64,000 nt of DNA from a bacterium (GTDB taxonomy: Bacteria > UBA8248): contig OZ241326.1 of NCBI GenBank assembly GCA_965199855.1, forward strand, positions 288,001 through 352,000, read 5' to 3'. The position numbers were made by a program, and so were the translations under genes. Below the pieces are notes generated by a model. It worked only from the letters and a program-made list of their open reading frames with translations. It made no database searches and was not told where the DNA came from. This document shows positions 45,154-56,375 of the stretch, piece by piece. The first letter of the stretch is position 1. Each line of letters starts with the position of its first letter.

Positions 45154-46461
45154 ATGGCCACCACCTCGCAAAGCGGCCCCGTCCGCCGGCCCGGGTTCTA
45201 CTACGGCTGGCTCATCGTCTGGCTCTCCTTCGGGACGCTGGCGTTCCACATCGTCACGCGCTTCTCCTTCGGCATCTTCCAGGTTCCGCTGATCGAGGAG
45301 TTCGGCTGGAGCCGGGGACTGCTGGGCGGAGCCTTCGCCCTCTCCATGGCCGTCTACGCCTTCTGCTCGCCGCTGGCGGGCTCGTGGCTGGAGAAAAGAG
45401 GCCCGCGCGCCCTCATGCCCTGGGGGTCGGTGCTTCTGGGCGCGACGTTCGTCGCGTGCTTCTTCATCGGCTCGATCTGGCACGTCTATATCCTCATCGG
45501 GCTGTGCGGCGGCTTCGGCCTCTCCCTGAGCGGCTTCTCCACGCACAGCGCCATCATCCCGAGGTGGTTCGTCAGGAAGCGGGGCCGCGCCACGGGCGTC
45601 GCGCTCTCCGGCATCGGCATCGGCATCCTCGTCCTGGCGCCCCTCATCGAGCGGCTCATCGCCTCGGTCGGCTGGCGCTCCACCTACCTGATCTACGGCC
45701 TCGTCGTGCTGTGCGTCGTCGCCCCGGCGGGGTTCGCGCTCCTGCGCGACGCGCCCGAGGACGTGGGCCAGGGCCCGGACGGCGGGGCGCCGCGCGCGCC
45801 GGAGGAGCTGGCGAGGGCGGGCATCGGCCGCGGCGGCGAGGGCAAGGGGGTGCGGGAGGTGTTCCTCCTCGTGAAGGGCGACGCGCGCTTCTGGTGCCTC
45901 ATCCTGATGGTGTTCGCCATCGGCCTGAACAACAACACCATCATGAGCCAGCTCCAGCTCTACCTCGTGGACGCGGGATACGGCACCGCCTTCGCCGCCG
46001 TCGTCTTCGGCATGGTCGGGTTCATCCGCACCTTCGGCAGCGTCGGCGGGGGGTGGGTGGGCGACGTCATCGGGCGCGGGCGCGGGGTGGCGCTCTCCGC
46101 CATGGTGGTGGCGGCGGGCCTCGCCCTGCTCCTCCTGATTCCCCGCTTCGGCGGAGGCGCGCTTCCGGCCTACGCCTTCGCGCTGGTCTATGGGGTCGGC
46201 ATCGGCGGCATGAGCGCCTGCTACTCCGCCCTTGCGGGCGACTGCTTCGGGGGGCGCGCCTACGGGGTGATCATCGGCTTCATGGAGATATGCTACGGGC
46301 TGGGGGGCGTCGTCGGCCCCCCGTTCGCGGGCTTCATGTACGACTACGCGAAAAGCTACCTCGTCCCGTTCTCGACCATCATCTTCTTCATGTTCGTCTC
46401 GACGGGGCTCGCCCTGTGGCTGCACGCCCACATGCGAGAGCGCGGCGGCGCGCCCGCGTAG
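45154..46461 (+). CDS. MFS transporter (MCT/OFA-like)
   Basis: FYYGW.IV start, about 12 hydrophobic segments, RWF.RKRG.ATG. Confidence 0.92.
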   Translation: MATTSQSGPVRRPGFYYGWLIVWLSFGTLAFHIVTRFSFGIFQVPLIEEFGWSRGLLGGAFALSMAVYAFCSPLAGSWLEKRGPRALMPWGSVLLGATFVACFFIGSIWHVYILIGLCGGFGLSLSGFSTHSAIIPRWFVRKRGRATGVALSGIGIGILVLAPLIERLIASVGWRSTYLIYGLVVLCVVAPAGFALLRDAPEDVGQGPDGGAPRAPEELARAGIGRGGEGKGVREVFLLVKGDARFWCLILMVFAIGLNNNTIMSQLQLYLVDAGYGTAFAAVVFGMVGFIRTFGSVGGGWVGDVIGRGRGVALSAMVVAAGLALLLLIPRFGGGALPAYAFALVYGVGIGGMSACYSALAGDCFGGRAYGVIIGFMEICYGLGGVVGPPFAGFMYDYAKSYLVPFSTIIFFMFVSTGLALWLHAHMRERGGAPA

Positions 46462-46468
46462 CGTCGCC

Positions 46469-47179
46469 TCAGCCGCGGGCCCCCTCCATGCGCCTGGGCG
46501 CGATGAGCAGGACGCACTCGCCCCGGACTTTCCCGTCCCGCAGCCTCTCCTCCAGCTCGCGCGCCGCGCCGCGCAGAATCTCCTCGTGCAGCTTCGTGAG
46601 CTCGCGCGCGAGCGCGAGGGGGCGCGCGGGCGAGAGGGCGGCGATCTCCCCCGCCAGCCTCCCGATTCGATGGGGCGACTCGAAGAGGACGACGGTGCGC
46701 TCCTCGTTCAGGAGCGCCTCGATTCTCGCCAGCCTCTTGCGGCCCCTGGCGGGCAGGAAGCCCTCGAAGACGAACCTGTCGGTGGGAAGCCCCGAGGCGA
46801 CCAGGGCGGCGAGGACGGAGGAGGCGCCGGGGACGGGGACGACGCGGACGCCCGCCTCTATCGCTGCGCGCGCGACCCGGTAGGCGGGGTCGGAAACGCC
46901 CGGCGTTCCGGCGTCGGAGACGACGGCGACGCGCTCGCCCCGCGCGGCGCGCGCGGCCAGCCCGCCCGCGCGCGCGCTCTCGTTGCGCTCGTGACAGCTC
47001 AGGAGCGGCTTCTTCAGCCCCAGGCGGGAGAGGAGCCTGCCCGTCCGGCGCGTGTCCTCGCAGGCCACGAGGTCGCACCCGGCGAGCGTGCGGCGGGCGC
47101 GTTCGGAGATATCCTCCATGTTCCCGATGGGCGTGGCGACGAGATAGACGCCGGGCTCCAGGGGCGGCGGCTCGGCCAT
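46469..47179 (-). CDS. rsmI: 16S rRNA C1402 2'-O-methyltransferase
   Basis: VATPIGNMEDIS, CEDTR, SDAGTPGVSDP, FESPHR, RELTKLHEE. Confidence 0.95.
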   Translation of the reverse strand: MAEPPPLEPGVYLVATPIGNMEDISERARRTLAGCDLVACEDTRRTGRLLSRLGLKKPLLSCHERNESARAGGLAARAARGERVAVVSDAGTPGVSDPAYRVARAAIEAGVRVVPVPGASSVLAALVASGLPTDRFVFEGFLPARGRKRLARIEALLNEERTVVLFESPHRIGRLAGEIAALSPARPLALARELTKLHEEILRGAARELEERLRDGKVRGECVLLIAPRRMEGARG

Positions 47180-47185
47180 GGGCTC

Positions 47186-48388
47186 TCAGGCCACGACGCC
47201 CGCGTCCCGCAGGCTCTTTATCTCGTCCTCGCTCTTGCCGAGCTCCCGAAGCGCCTCGTCGGTATGCTCCCCCAGAAGCGGCGCGGGCGCGCGCACGCCC
47301 GCCGGCGTCCTCGAGAGCTTGGGCGGGAAGCCGAGGACCCGGGTGCGGCCCGCGGCGGGATGCTCCACCTCCACGCTCATCTCCCGCGCCTGAATCTGGG
47401 GATGCGCGAAGGTCTCCGCCATGTTCAGAATCGGGCCGCAGGGAACCCCGCCGGAATCGAGGAGCGCCACCCACTCGGCGCGCGTCTTCTCCGCGAAGGT
47501 CTCCTCCAGCTCCTCGGCCAGCTTCAGGTAATGCTCGCGGCGCGAGCCGTCCGTGGCGTATTCGGGGCGGCGCGCGAGGTCCTCGCGTCCGATGGCGCGG
47601 CAGAACAGCTCCCAGTTCCGCTGGTTCGCCGCGCCCAGGGCGAGGTAGCCGTCCCGGCACCGGAAGGCCTGGTAGGGCGCCGTCATCTCGTGGGCGGAGC
47701 CGAGCGGCTCGGGCGGCTCCCCGGAGGGGAAGAACTGCGACGCCTGCCAGAAGGCGTAGCCCAGGCCGGCGTCGGTGAGGGCGACGTCGACGCGCTGCCC
47801 CTCGCCGGTTCGCTCCCGGTGGACGTAGGCGGAGAGAATGGAGAGCGCCGCGTACATGCCGGCGTTCAGATCGCAAATCGGCACGGGAATCTTCGCGGGC
47901 GCGCCGCCGGGCTCGCCCGTGAAGCTCATGAGGCTGGAGAGGCCCTGCGACACCAGGTCGAAGCCGCCCTTGCCGGCGAAGGGGCCCGTGCTCCCGTAGC
48001 CGGAGATGGAGGCGTAGATGAGGCGCGGGCTGGCCTCGGAGAGCGCCTCCCAGCCCAGGCCCATCCGCTCCATGGCGCCGGGCCGGAGGTTCTCCACCAG
48101 CGCGTCGGCGCGCTGCGCGAACTCCTTGACGAGGGCGGCGCCCGCGGGCGACTTCATGTCCACCGCGAGGCTCCGCTTGTTGCGGTTCAGGTTCATGAAG
48201 CCGTGGGCTTCCCCGCCGGCGAAGTGGCGGCCCAGGCGGCGCGCGCTGTCGCCGCCCTCGGGGTTTTCCACCTTGAGGACGTCCGCCCCCATGTCCGCCA
48301 GCAGACACCCGCAGAAGGGGCCGGCCATGACCTGGCAGATTTCCAGCACCCGCACGCCCTCGAGCGGGCCGCCCGTTTTCCGGCTCAT
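47186..48388 (-). CDS. CoA-transferase family III (CaiB/BaiF)
   Basis: GPLEGVRVLE, NRNKRSL, ENLRPG, APLLGEHT. Confidence 0.93.
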   Translation of the reverse strand: MSRKTGGPLEGVRVLEICQVMAGPFCGCLLADMGADVLKVENPEGGDSARRLGRHFAGGEAHGFMNLNRNKRSLAVDMKSPAGAALVKEFAQRADALVENLRPGAMERMGLGWEALSEASPRLIYASISGYGSTGPFAGKGGFDLVSQGLSSLMSFTGEPGGAPAKIPVPICDLNAGMYAALSILSAYVHRERTGEGQRVDVALTDAGLGYAFWQASQFFPSGEPPEPLGSAHEMTAPYQAFRCRDGYLALGAANQRNWELFCRAIGREDLARRPEYATDGSRREHYLKLAEELEETFAEKTRAEWVALLDSGGVPCGPILNMAETFAHPQIQAREMSVEVEHPAAGRTRVLGFPPKLSRTPAGVRAPAPLLGEHTDEALRELGKSEDEIKSLRDAGVVA

Positions 48389-48394
48389 CCCTCT

Positions 48395-49204
48395 TTACTT
48401 CCCCCGAAATTCCGGCGCGCGCTTGTTCAGGAAGGCGTCCACCCCCTCGCGGAAATCCTCGGTGTCGAAGCAGGCGAACTCGCGCGCGCGCTCCTTCTCC
48501 GTGAGGCCGGCGAGGGCGGGATCCTTCAGGATTTTCTTCACGAACCCCTTGTGCCACCGGTGAACGAGGGGCGCCAGGGAGGCGATGCGCTCGGCCGCGC
48601 CATACGCCGCCTCCGCGACCTCCTCATCCGGGACGACGCGCGCCAGAAAGCCCGCCTCGAGCATCTCGCGCGCCGTGAAGAGCCGCGCCGTCAGCAACAT
48701 GTCCAGGGTGCGCGCCGGCCCGATGGACTGCACGAAGCGCCTGAGCTCCGAATGGCCCGCCACCAGCCCCAGCTTCGCCACCGGCACGCCGAAGCGGGAG
48801 CTCTCGCCCGCGATTCGCAGATCAGCGGCGGCGGCGAGCTCCACGCCCCCGCCCACGCAGGCGCCGCGAATGAGGCACAGCGCGGGCTTCGAGAAGGCGT
48901 CCACCGCGTCCAGCCCGCGCAGGAACGCGGTCTCCGCGTAGCGCCTCGCCTGGCCGGAGCTCCAGCGCTCCTCGCGGAAGCGCGAGATGTCCGCCCCCGC
49001 CGAGAAGGCGCGCTCGCCCGCGCCCCGGAAGACGACGACGCGCGCGGAATCGTCCGCGTCGAGCTCGGGCATGAGGCGGGCGATCTCCAGCCACATTTCG
49101 TATTCGATCGCGTTGAGCTTCTCCGGCGCGCGAATCTCTATCGTCGCCACGGCGCCCCGCCGGGAGAGGCGTATTTTTCCGTCCGCGCGCGGCTCCCCGC
49201 TCAC
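48395..49204 (-). CDS. Enoyl-CoA hydratase/isomerase
   Basis: AFSAGADI, GACVGGGVELA..ADLR, DFREGV.AFL.KR.P.F.G; GTG start at 49204. Confidence 0.9.
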   Translation of the reverse strand: MSGEPRADGKIRLSRRGAVATIEIRAPEKLNAIEYEMWLEIARLMPELDADDSARVVVFRGAGERAFSAGADISRFREERWSSGQARRYAETAFLRGLDAVDAFSKPALCLIRGACVGGGVELAAAADLRIAGESSRFGVPVAKLGLVAGHSELRRFVQSIGPARTLDMLLTARLFTAREMLEAGFLARVVPDEEVAEAAYGAAERIASLAPLVHRWHKGFVKKILKDPALAGLTEKERAREFACFDTEDFREGVDAFLNKRAPEFRGK

Positions 49205-49268
49205 GCCGAGCCGCCCCGGGGCGCGGGGCGCGGGGCGCGCGCGCTCCTTCGATGAGCGCGGGAGGGCG

Positions 49269-49487
49269 TCAGTCCCCCTGGGCATCCCTGTATTCCTCAA
49301 GCCACGCCATCTGGATGGCCTCGAGCTTCCCCTCGGTCGAGGACATCGGGTCGTCGTCGAACGCATCCAGTCCGCACACCCACTCGTGCAGGTCGGTGAA
49401 GCGGACGGAGAGCGGGTCGGTCTCCGGAAACTTCTCGTAGAGGGCGATGCCGACGTCCTCGGCGTCCTCCCAGCCGAACTTCTCCAC
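49269..49487 (-). CDS. iscX: Fe-S assembly protein IscX
   Basis: W.D.EDVGIALYEKFP..DP.SVRFTDL..W, LEAIQMAW. Confidence 0.93.
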   Translation of the reverse strand: MEKFGWEDAEDVGIALYEKFPETDPLSVRFTDLHEWVCGLDAFDDDPMSSTEGKLEAIQMAWLEEYRDAQGD

Positions 49488-49512
49488 GCGCTCGTTCTCC
49501 CGGGGCGAATCC

Positions 49513-49869
49513 CTAGCGGACGCCCTGCTCCCTGGCGGCGTCCGGCCCCTCCTGCACCAGGTTCACGTTCCAGAAGGGCACGTGCACCTCGATGACCTCC
49601 TCGGTCTCGCGCTCCAGCGTCGCCTGGCAGGCGAGGCGGCTGTCGAGGTCCACGTCGCGCGCGTCGTCGAGCTGATCCTCCTCGTCCTCGGTGGACTCGC
49701 TGAAGGAATCCGCCCCGCTCCGCAGCTTCACGTGGCACGTCGAGCAGGCGCACACCCCGCCGCAGGCATGATCGAGATCGAGGCCGTTCTCGAGTGCCGC
49801 CTCGAGAATGTTCTCGCCCACGTGAATGTCGATGGTCTGCTTCTCTTCGATGAATCGCAGCTTCGCCAT
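49513..49869 (-). CDS. fdx: ISC-type [2Fe-2S] ferredoxin
   Basis: HACGGVCACSTCHV...SRLACQ, within isc operon. Confidence 0.93.
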   Translation of the reverse strand: MAKLRFIEEKQTIDIHVGENILEAALENGLDLDHACGGVCACSTCHVKLRSGADSFSESTEDEEDQLDDARDVDLDSRLACQATLERETEEVIEVHVPFWNVNLVQEGPDAAREQGVR

Positions 49870-49905
49870 TTTTCTCCCCCGCGCTTCGCGGCCTCTCCGC
49901 GGCGC

Positions 49906-51741
49906 CTAGTCCCTCAGCGCCTCGCTCACCCTCTTGTTCTCCAGCGCCGACTTGAGAACGCTGTCCATCATCCGCTCGGCGAGCGGCATGGTGACGGCGT
50001 TGAGCGCGTCCACCCCGTCCCGAATCGCTCCCGGCTCCTCCCCCCGGCGCGACGCCTCCAGGGCGCTCACCGCCTCGGCGATTCTCGCGCGCTCCTCGGG
50101 GGAGACGGCGCGTTCTCCATAGTCGTTCATCGCGCGCGCCGTGGCCATGAGGATGGCCTCCGCCTCGTTTCTGGCGTCGAGAATCTGGCGCGAGCGAACG
50201 TCCTCCTCCGCGCGCTCGAAGGATTCCAGCAGCATCCGCTCGACCTGCTCGTCCGTCAGCCCGTAGGAGGGCCGCACCTCCACCGAGGCGGCCTTGCCGC
50301 TTCTCAGGTCGCGCGCCGTCACGCTCAGGATGCCGTTGGCGTCGATGAGAAACGTCACCTCCACGCGGGCCAGGCCGGCCGGGGCGGGGTCGATGGCCAG
50401 GCGGAAGCGCGCGAGCGAGCGGTTGTCCCGCGCCAGCTCGCGCTCCCCCTGGAGCACGTGGACGTCCACGCCCGTCTGGTTGTCCTTGAAGGTGGTGTAG
50501 GCCTCCTTCGCGCTCGCGGGAATGGTGGTGTTGCGGGGGATGATCCACCCCATCGCCCCGCCCATGGTCTCGATGCCCAGCGAGAGCGGGGTCACGTCGA
50601 GCAGCAGCATGTCCCGCGCCCCGCCCGCGAGGATGTCCGCCTGCACCGCGGCGCCCAGCGCCACCACCTCGTCGGGGTTGATGTCCGCGTGGGGCTCGCG
50701 CCCGAACAAGTCCCGCACCATGCGGCGGACGAGGGGCATCCGGGTGGAGCCGCCCACCAGAACCACCTCGTCCACGTCCTCCGGCGAGAGGCCCGCGTCC
50801 TCCAGGGCGCGGCGGCAGGGCGCCAGCGTCCGTCCGGCGATGGGCGCGAGGAGCGCCTCCATCTCCTCGCGGGAGAGGCGCCCCTCGTGGCGGAGCGGGA
50901 GGCCGCCCGGGGCTTCGAGCGCGTATTCCGCCGAGTCGCTCTCCGAGAGCTCCCGCTTCACGCGCTCCGCCAGAAGCGCGAGCTCGGCCAGCGCCTCGGG
51001 GGTCTCGCCCGGGTCCGCGCCGCGCTGCGCGAGAACCTCCTCCCGGATGCGCGCGGAGACGGCGCGGTCGAAGTCGTCGCCGCCCAGGCGGGTGTCCCCG
51101 CCCGTCGAGAGCACCTCGAACACGCCCTCCCTGATCCGCAGGATCGAGATGTCGAAGGTGCCGCCGCCCAGGTCATAAACCGCGACGACGCCGCGGTTGC
51201 GCTCATGGAGGCCGTAGGCCAGGGAGGCCGCCGTGGGCTCGTTGATGATGCGAAGCACCTCGAGGCCCGCGAGCCTGCCCGCGTCCTTCGTCGCCTGGCG
51301 CTGCGCGTCGTTGAAGTGCGCCGGAACGGTGATGACCGCCCGGAGCGCGGGACGGCCCAGCGCCTTCTCCGCCCGCGCCTTCAGGCGCCGCAGCACGAGG
51401 GCGCTGACTTCGGGCGCGCTGTAGGAGCGCCCCCGCGCCAGGACGTGAACGACCTCCTTTTTCGACGGGTCGGCCTCGAAGGGCAGATGGCGCATCTCCT
51501 CCTCGACGTCCGCATAGCCCCTGCCCATGAGCCGCTTGATGGAGAAGACGGCGTTTCCGCCGTTGGAGACGCGATCCGCCTGCGCCTCCTCGCCGATGAG
51601 AACGCGGTCGGGGCGGAAGCTCACGACGGAGGGCACGATGCCGCGCTCGCCCTCCGGCGCCAGAATCGCCGGCTCGCCGTCCGAGACGGCGGCGACCAGG
51701 CTGTTCGTGGTGCCCAGGTCGATGCCGATGATCCCGCTCAA
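49906..51741 (-). CDS. hscA: Fe-S assembly chaperone HscA (Hsp70)
   Basis: [18 protein letters not shown]; between hscB and fdx. Confidence 0.94.
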   Translation of the reverse strand: MSGIIGIDLGTTNSLVAAVSDGEPAILAPEGERGIVPSVVSFRPDRVLIGEEAQADRVSNGGNAVFSIKRLMGRGYADVEEEMRHLPFEADPSKKEVVHVLARGRSYSAPEVSALVLRRLKARAEKALGRPALRAVITVPAHFNDAQRQATKDAGRLAGLEVLRIINEPTAASLAYGLHERNRGVVAVYDLGGGTFDISILRIREGVFEVLSTGGDTRLGGDDFDRAVSARIREEVLAQRGADPGETPEALAELALLAERVKRELSESDSAEYALEAPGGLPLRHEGRLSREEMEALLAPIAGRTLAPCRRALEDAGLSPEDVDEVVLVGGSTRMPLVRRMVRDLFGREPHADINPDEVVALGAAVQADILAGGARDMLLLDVTPLSLGIETMGGAMGWIIPRNTTIPASAKEAYTTFKDNQTGVDVHVLQGERELARDNRSLARFRLAIDPAPAGLARVEVTFLIDANGILSVTARDLRSGKAASVEVRPSYGLTDEQVERMLLESFERAEEDVRSRQILDARNEAEAILMATARAMNDYGERAVSPEERARIAEAVSALEASRRGEEPGAIRDGVDALNAVTMPLAERMMDSVLKSALENKRVSEALRD

Positions 51742-52379
51742 CCGCTCTTCTCCAGGGCGTCGTTCAGGCTTTTGAGGGTGTTCTCGATGTATTTTCGGCT
51801 GCCGAGAACGGCGCGCATCTTTCTCAGGATTTCAGGCGGGGCGGGTTCTCCCCTCTCCGCCGCCTCGTCCCAGGCGGCGCCCAAGCCGTCGAGCGCCGTC
51901 CGCTGGCCGCGGCGAAGCGCCAGGAAGCACTCCCGCGCCGCGCCGATGCGCTCGCGCAGACGCTCGCCGTCCTCCGCGTCCCCGCGGGGGCGAAGCGCCT
52001 CCACCGCCTCCCGCGCCTCGAATATCTCCTCGAGCAGCTCGGCGGGCGGCTTCGCGTCGTTCTCCGCAAGCGCGCCGCTTTCGAGCTCCACGAGATACGC
52101 CGCGCGCGCCGCCGGCTCCCTGAGCGTCTGATAGGCCGCGTTGACGCGGGCGGTCGCCTCCAGGCTCCTGACGCGGACGGCGGCGGGCGCGTCCATGAAA
52201 AAATCGGGGTGAAGCCGCCGGCTGAGCCGGTAGAAGGCGGACTCCAGCGCCTCGGCGTCAACGCCGAACCTTCGCTCGAAGCCCAGGAGGGCGAAATGGT
52301 CGATCTCGGCGGGGACGGCCTCTATCTCTCCGGCCTCGTCGAAGACGGAGAAGGCCCTGTTCTGCGTCGCTTCGCTCAT
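51738..52379 (-). CDS. hscB: Co-chaperone HscB
   Basis: J-domain HPD, NAAYQTL.EP..RA.YL. Confidence 0.93.
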   Translation of the reverse strand: MSEATQNRAFSVFDEAGEIEAVPAEIDHFALLGFERRFGVDAEALESAFYRLSRRLHPDFFMDAPAAVRVRSLEATARVNAAYQTLREPAARAAYLVELESGALAENDAKPPAELLEEIFEAREAVEALRPRGDAEDGERLRERIGAARECFLALRRGQRTALDGLGAAWDEAAERGEPAPPEILRKMRAVLGSRKYIENTLKSLNDALEKSG

Positions 52380-52457
52380 CGCGCGATTCCAGGCCCGCGT
52401 GAACCGCCGGGCGTCATGAATCCAAAAGAAAACGCGGCGCGTTCCGCTCCGCCTCCG

Positions 52458-52814
52458 CTACGCGGAGAAGCTCTCCCCGCAGCCGCAGGACTGGCGGGCG
52501 TTCGGGTTCTTGAAGGTGAAGCCCTGCCCCATCAGCCCGTCCTCGAAGTCCAGCGTGGTGCCCGCGAGGAAAAGCAGGCTCTTCCTGTCCACGACCACCC
52601 GGACGCCGCCCTTCTCGATCACCTCGTCCATGAGCGGGTTGACGCGCTCGGCGCCCTCGAACTGGAGAACGTAGGAAAGCCCGGAGCAGCCGCCACCCTT
52701 CACGCCGACGCGGAGGACCTGCCCCGGCTTCCCCTCCCTCTCCAGAAAGCGGTTCATGTGCGCTACGGCCTTGTCGGTCACCTCCAGGGCGGGCCCCTTC
52801 GCGGCCGTTTCCAT
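52458..52814 (-). CDS. iscA: A-type Fe-S carrier IscA
   Basis: GGGCSGLSY, NPNA..SCGCGESF. Confidence 0.94.
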   Translation of the reverse strand: METAAKGPALEVTDKAVAHMNRFLEREGKPGQVLRVGVKGGGCSGLSYVLQFEGAERVNPLMDEVIEKGGVRVVVDRKSLLFLAGTTLDFEDGLMGQGFTFKNPNARQSCGCGESFSA

Positions 52815-52845
52815 GTCCTCTCCTCCGTCGGCGAATCGCCCGCGC

Positions 52846-53256
52846 CTAGTGGTGGCCCCGGCGCTCGACGACCGGCATGTCGTTCTTCGCGCGAAAGTCG
52901 TTCAGCGCGGTCTTGATGGCGTCCTCCGCCAGCACGGAGCAGTGAATCTTCACGGGGGGGAGGTTCAGCTCCTCGACGATCTGCGTGTTCCTGATCTCCT
53001 CGGCCTCGTCCACCGTCCTGCCCTTGAGCCACTCGGTCGCCAGCGAGCTCGAGGCGATGGCGCTTCCGCAGCCGAAAGTCTTGAACTTCGCGTCCTCGAT
53101 GACGCCCTCCCCGCTCACCTTGATCTGCAGCTTCATCACGTCGCCGCACTCGGGCGCGCCGACGACGCCCGTGCCCACGGCGGGGTCCGCCTTGTCGAGC
53201 GAGCCGACGTTGCGGGGGTTGTTGTAGTGATCGACCACCTTGTCGCTGTAAGCCAT
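52846..53256 (-). CDS. iscU: Fe-S scaffold IscU
   Basis: MAYSDKVVDHY.NPRNVG, GAPECGD, FGCGSA, LPPVKIHC. Confidence 0.97.
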   Translation of the reverse strand: MAYSDKVVDHYNNPRNVGSLDKADPAVGTGVVGAPECGDVMKLQIKVSGEGVIEDAKFKTFGCGSAIASSSLATEWLKGRTVDEAEEIRNTQIVEELNLPPVKIHCSVLAEDAIKTALNDFRAKNDMPVVERRGHH

Positions 53257-53328
53257 CTCATCGCTCTCCTCTTGTCGGCCTCCGGGCGCCGGAGGCCCCT
53301 GTTCGCGGGACGCGGGCAGGCCGCGCGC

Positions 53329-54549
53329 CTAGTGCGCCTGCCATTCCACCTTCGAGAGATCGACGCCCTCCTTCACCATCTCGTAGAGGGGGCTCATCTC
53401 GCGCAGGCGGTTCACGATTTTCGTCGTCTTCTCGGCCACGTATTCCATCTCCTCCTCGGTGGAGAAGCGGCCGAACCCGAACCGGATGGACGAATGCGCC
53501 AGCTCGTCGCCCCGGCCCATGGACTTGAGCACGTAGCTCGGCTCCAGGCTCGCCGAGGTGCAGGCGGAGCCCGAGGAGACGGCCACGTCGTTCAGCCCCA
53601 TGATGAGGGATTCGCCCTCCACGTAGGGGAAGCTCAGGTTGAGGTTGCCGGAGAGGCGCTTCGTCTCGTGGCCGTTCACGTAGACCTCCTCCAGGCTCTC
53701 GAACATGATGGACCTGAACCTGTCGCGCAGGTTCGAGAGGCGGGCGTTCTCCGCCTCCATTTCCTCCCCGCACAGCTCCGCCGCCCTGCCGAAGCCCACG
53801 ATGCCGGAGACGTTCAGCGTGCCCGAGCGCATCCCCCGCTCGTGGCCGCCGCCGTCGATGATGGCGGAGAGGCGGACGCGCGGGCGGCGCCTTCGCACGT
53901 AGAGCAGGCCCACGCCCTTGGGGCCGTATATCTTGTGGGCGGACGCCGAGAGCAGGTCGATGTTCATCTCGTTCACGTCGATGGGAATCTTCCCGTAGCC
54001 CTGGGTGGCGTCCGTGTGGAAGATGGCGCCGCGCTCGCGGCACAGCGCGCCTATCTCGGCGATGGGGTTCAGCACGCCGACCTCGTTGTTCGCCGCCATG
54101 ATGGAGACGAGAATGGTGTCCTCGCGCATGGCGGCCTCGACCATCTCCTTCGTCGTGATGCCGTCCTCGGGAGGCTCGATGTAGGTGACGTCGAAGCCCC
54201 AGGTCTCGAGGCGCTTGGCCGAGTCGATGACGGCCTTGTGCTCGATCGCCGAGGTGACGACGTGGTTGCCCTTCTTCCTGTACATCTCGGCGGCGCCCTT
54301 GAGCGCCATGTTGTCCGATTCGGTGGCGCCGCTCGTGAAGATGATCTCGCGCGGGTCCGCCCCGATGAGGGCGGCCAGCTTCTCCCGGGCGTCGTCCACC
54401 GCCTTCTCCGCCTCCCAGCCGAAGCTGTGGTTGCGGCTGGCGGCGTTGCCGAACCTCTCGCCGAAGTAGGGCAGCATCTCCTCCAGGACGCGCGGGTCCA
54501 TGGGCGTCGTCGCCTGGTAGTCCATGTAGATGGGGAACTTCAAGCTCAT
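53329..54549 (-). CDS. iscS: Cysteine desulfurase IscS
   Basis: [34 protein letters not shown]. Confidence 0.97.
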   Translation of the reverse strand: MSLKFPIYMDYQATTPMDPRVLEEMLPYFGERFGNAASRNHSFGWEAEKAVDDAREKLAALIGADPREIIFTSGATESDNMALKGAAEMYRKKGNHVVTSAIEHKAVIDSAKRLETWGFDVTYIEPPEDGITTKEMVEAAMREDTILVSIMAANNEVGVLNPIAEIGALCRERGAIFHTDATQGYGKIPIDVNEMNIDLLSASAHKIYGPKGVGLLYVRRRRPRVRLSAIIDGGGHERGMRSGTLNVSGIVGFGRAAELCGEEMEAENARLSNLRDRFRSIMFESLEEVYVNGHETKRLSGNLNLSFPYVEGESLIMGLNDVAVSSGSACTSASLEPSYVLKSMGRGDELAHSSIRFGFGRFSTEEEMEYVAEKTTKIVNRLREMSPLYEMVKEGVDLSKVEWQAH

Positions 54550-54971
54550 CTGATCTCTCCCGCCGGCGCACCCACCATGTCCTGAAGGGTCATGCCCTCA
54601 AGCAGGTCGGTCACCTTTCTCTGGATTCTCTCCATGGGATAAAAAATGGTGCATCTCTCGTATTGCTCGCAGTCGGCGCCGCCGCCGATCTGGCAGACCG
54701 CCATGGCGATGGGCCCCTCGATCGCTCGGATGACCTCCGCCACCGAGATGGACTCCGGCCGGCGCGAGAGAACGTAGCCCCCCCTGGGGCCGCTCCTCGA
54801 CTCCACGATGCCGTTTCTGGCGAGGAGCTGCAACGTCTTGGCGAGCAGCTCGGCCGGAATGCGGAACCTTCGCGCGATGTCCCTCGAGGCGACGGCCTCG
54901 CCTTCCTCCCGCTCCGCCAGATAGGAGAGCGCCATCAGGCCGTAATCCGTGCGCTTGGCAATCGAGAACAT
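54546..54971 (-). CDS. iscR: Rrf2-family regulator IscR
   Basis: S.SGP.GGY.L winged helix, three C-terminal Cys; first gene of isc operon. Confidence 0.88.
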   Translation of the reverse strand: MFSIAKRTDYGLMALSYLAEREEGEAVASRDIARRFRIPAELLAKTLQLLARNGIVESRSGPRGGYVLSRRPESISVAEVIRAIEGPIAMAVCQIGGGADCEQYERCTIFYPMERIQRKVTDLLEGMTLQDMVGAPAGEIR

Positions 54972-55029
54972 TCCTCTCTCCGCCCCGAACCGCGCCGCCC
55001 TTCGGAGGCGGCACCCTCTCCCGCGAAAT

Positions 55030-55093
55030 GCGACCGGAATGGTCGCCGACCCGTCCGCTCGCAGATATACGCCCCGGAGGGGGGTTCTGTCAA
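55030..55093 (-). promoter_or_regulatory. Putative isc promoter and palindromic Rrf2/IscR operator
   Basis: Minus strand TTGACA (55088-55093)-18 nt-TATATC; palindrome GCGACC-N5-GGTCGC at 55030-55046. Confidence 0.55.
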
Positions 55094-55118
55094 CCGCCCC
55101 GGGCCGGGAACGCGGCGG

Positions 55119-56291
55119 CTATTCCTTCCCCCGGACGAGCTCCCACCGGCCCTTGCGGACGCGAACCAGCGCGAGGGAATCGACCCCCAGCCCGTTGTGG
55201 TCGCTTTTCGAGAAGCTGTATCGCCCGTTGAGCCCCTGGAAGTTCCGCGTCTCCTCGAGGGCGGCGGGAATGCGCGCCCGGCTCGCTCCCACCCCCCGCG
55301 CCGCCCACGCCAGAAGCCGCAGTGCGTCAGCGGCCGCGGCCGCCGTCTCCCCCGGCGCGCTCCCGTATTTCTTTCGATACGCGGCGCGAAACGCCAGGGC
55401 GTCCTCCCTGGCGGGGTGCGACTTGGCGAGGAGATGCGCCGCCGTGAGCCGGGAGGCGGGGAACACCGCGCCCTCGGCCGCGCCGGCCCCGCTTTTCGGG
55501 CCGAACAGCCCGGGGGAGGCGTGGGAGACGTAGAGCGGCAGCTTCAAATCCAGCGCCGCGCGGGCGCGCGCCAGCGCCAGGCGCGCGGCGCCCCTCGCCC
55601 AGAGCAGGAAGCCCCCGGCGCCGCGGTCGGAGGCGCGCCGCAGGAAGGGCAGAAAGTTGTGCTCGCCCGGCCTGAAGGATTCGTTCAGCAGGATGGAGAC
55701 GCCGAAGTCCGGCGCGAGCGCCGTCATCTGCTCCCGTCCCTCCGAGCCGTAGCCCGCCGAGGAGCCCACGACGGCCGCGCGCCGGACGCCCCTTTTCCTC
55801 ATGTGGCCCAGCATCAGCCGGACGGGAAGCGAGGCGCGCCGCGCGGTGGAGAACACCCACTCGCGCGCGGGGACGAGAATCTCCTCGGGCGCGGCCAGCG
55901 AGAAAAGCGGCGTCCTCTCCCGCTCCGCGGCGCGCGCGGCGGCGATGGCGGCGTAATGCCCGACGGTCCCTATCACGGCGACGGCCCCGCGCCTGCGCGC
56001 GAGCTGCCGCACGGCGGCGGCGGCGGCCTTCGGGCTTCCCCGGGTGTCGAGGGTGAGCAGGAACACGCGCCCGCCGGCGACCCCGCGCCGGTTGATGCGC
56101 TCCCTTTCGAGCAAAAGCGCGCGGCGCGCCTCCCGGCCCGGCGCGCCGGCCTCTCCCGAGAGGTTCAGCGCCGCGCCGACGACGATTCTGCCCGGAGAGG
56201 CCGCCGGGGCGGCCTCCGCGCCCGCGCAACAGGCGAGCGCCAGCGCGGCCGCCCGCGCCGCGCGCCATGCGCTTCCGATCGCCTCGCTCAT
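55119..56291 (-). CDS. Branched-chain amino acid-type ABC substrate-binding protein
   Basis: Signal peptide, VGAALNLSG, IN..GGV.GR, D..G.P, FQGLNG.YSFS..DHNG. Confidence 0.85.
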   Translation of the reverse strand: MSEAIGSAWRAARAAALALACCAGAEAAPAASPGRIVVGAALNLSGEAGAPGREARRALLLERERINRRGVAGGRVFLLTLDTRGSPKAAAAAVRQLARRRGAVAVIGTVGHYAAIAAARAAERERTPLFSLAAPEEILVPAREWVFSTARRASLPVRLMLGHMRKRGVRRAAVVGSSAGYGSEGREQMTALAPDFGVSILLNESFRPGEHNFLPFLRRASDRGAGGFLLWARGAARLALARARAALDLKLPLYVSHASPGLFGPKSGAGAAEGAVFPASRLTAAHLLAKSHPAREDALAFRAAYRKKYGSAPGETAAAAADALRLLAWAARGVGASRARIPAALEETRNFQGLNGRYSFSKSDHNGLGVDSLALVRVRKGRWELVRGKE

Positions 56292-56375
56292 GCCTTATGA
56301 TCCGGCCCAGGGACGAAGGATGCCGCTTCGGGGAACGCCCCCCGCGCCCTCGCTGGATAACGGCCGGCCGGAGCC

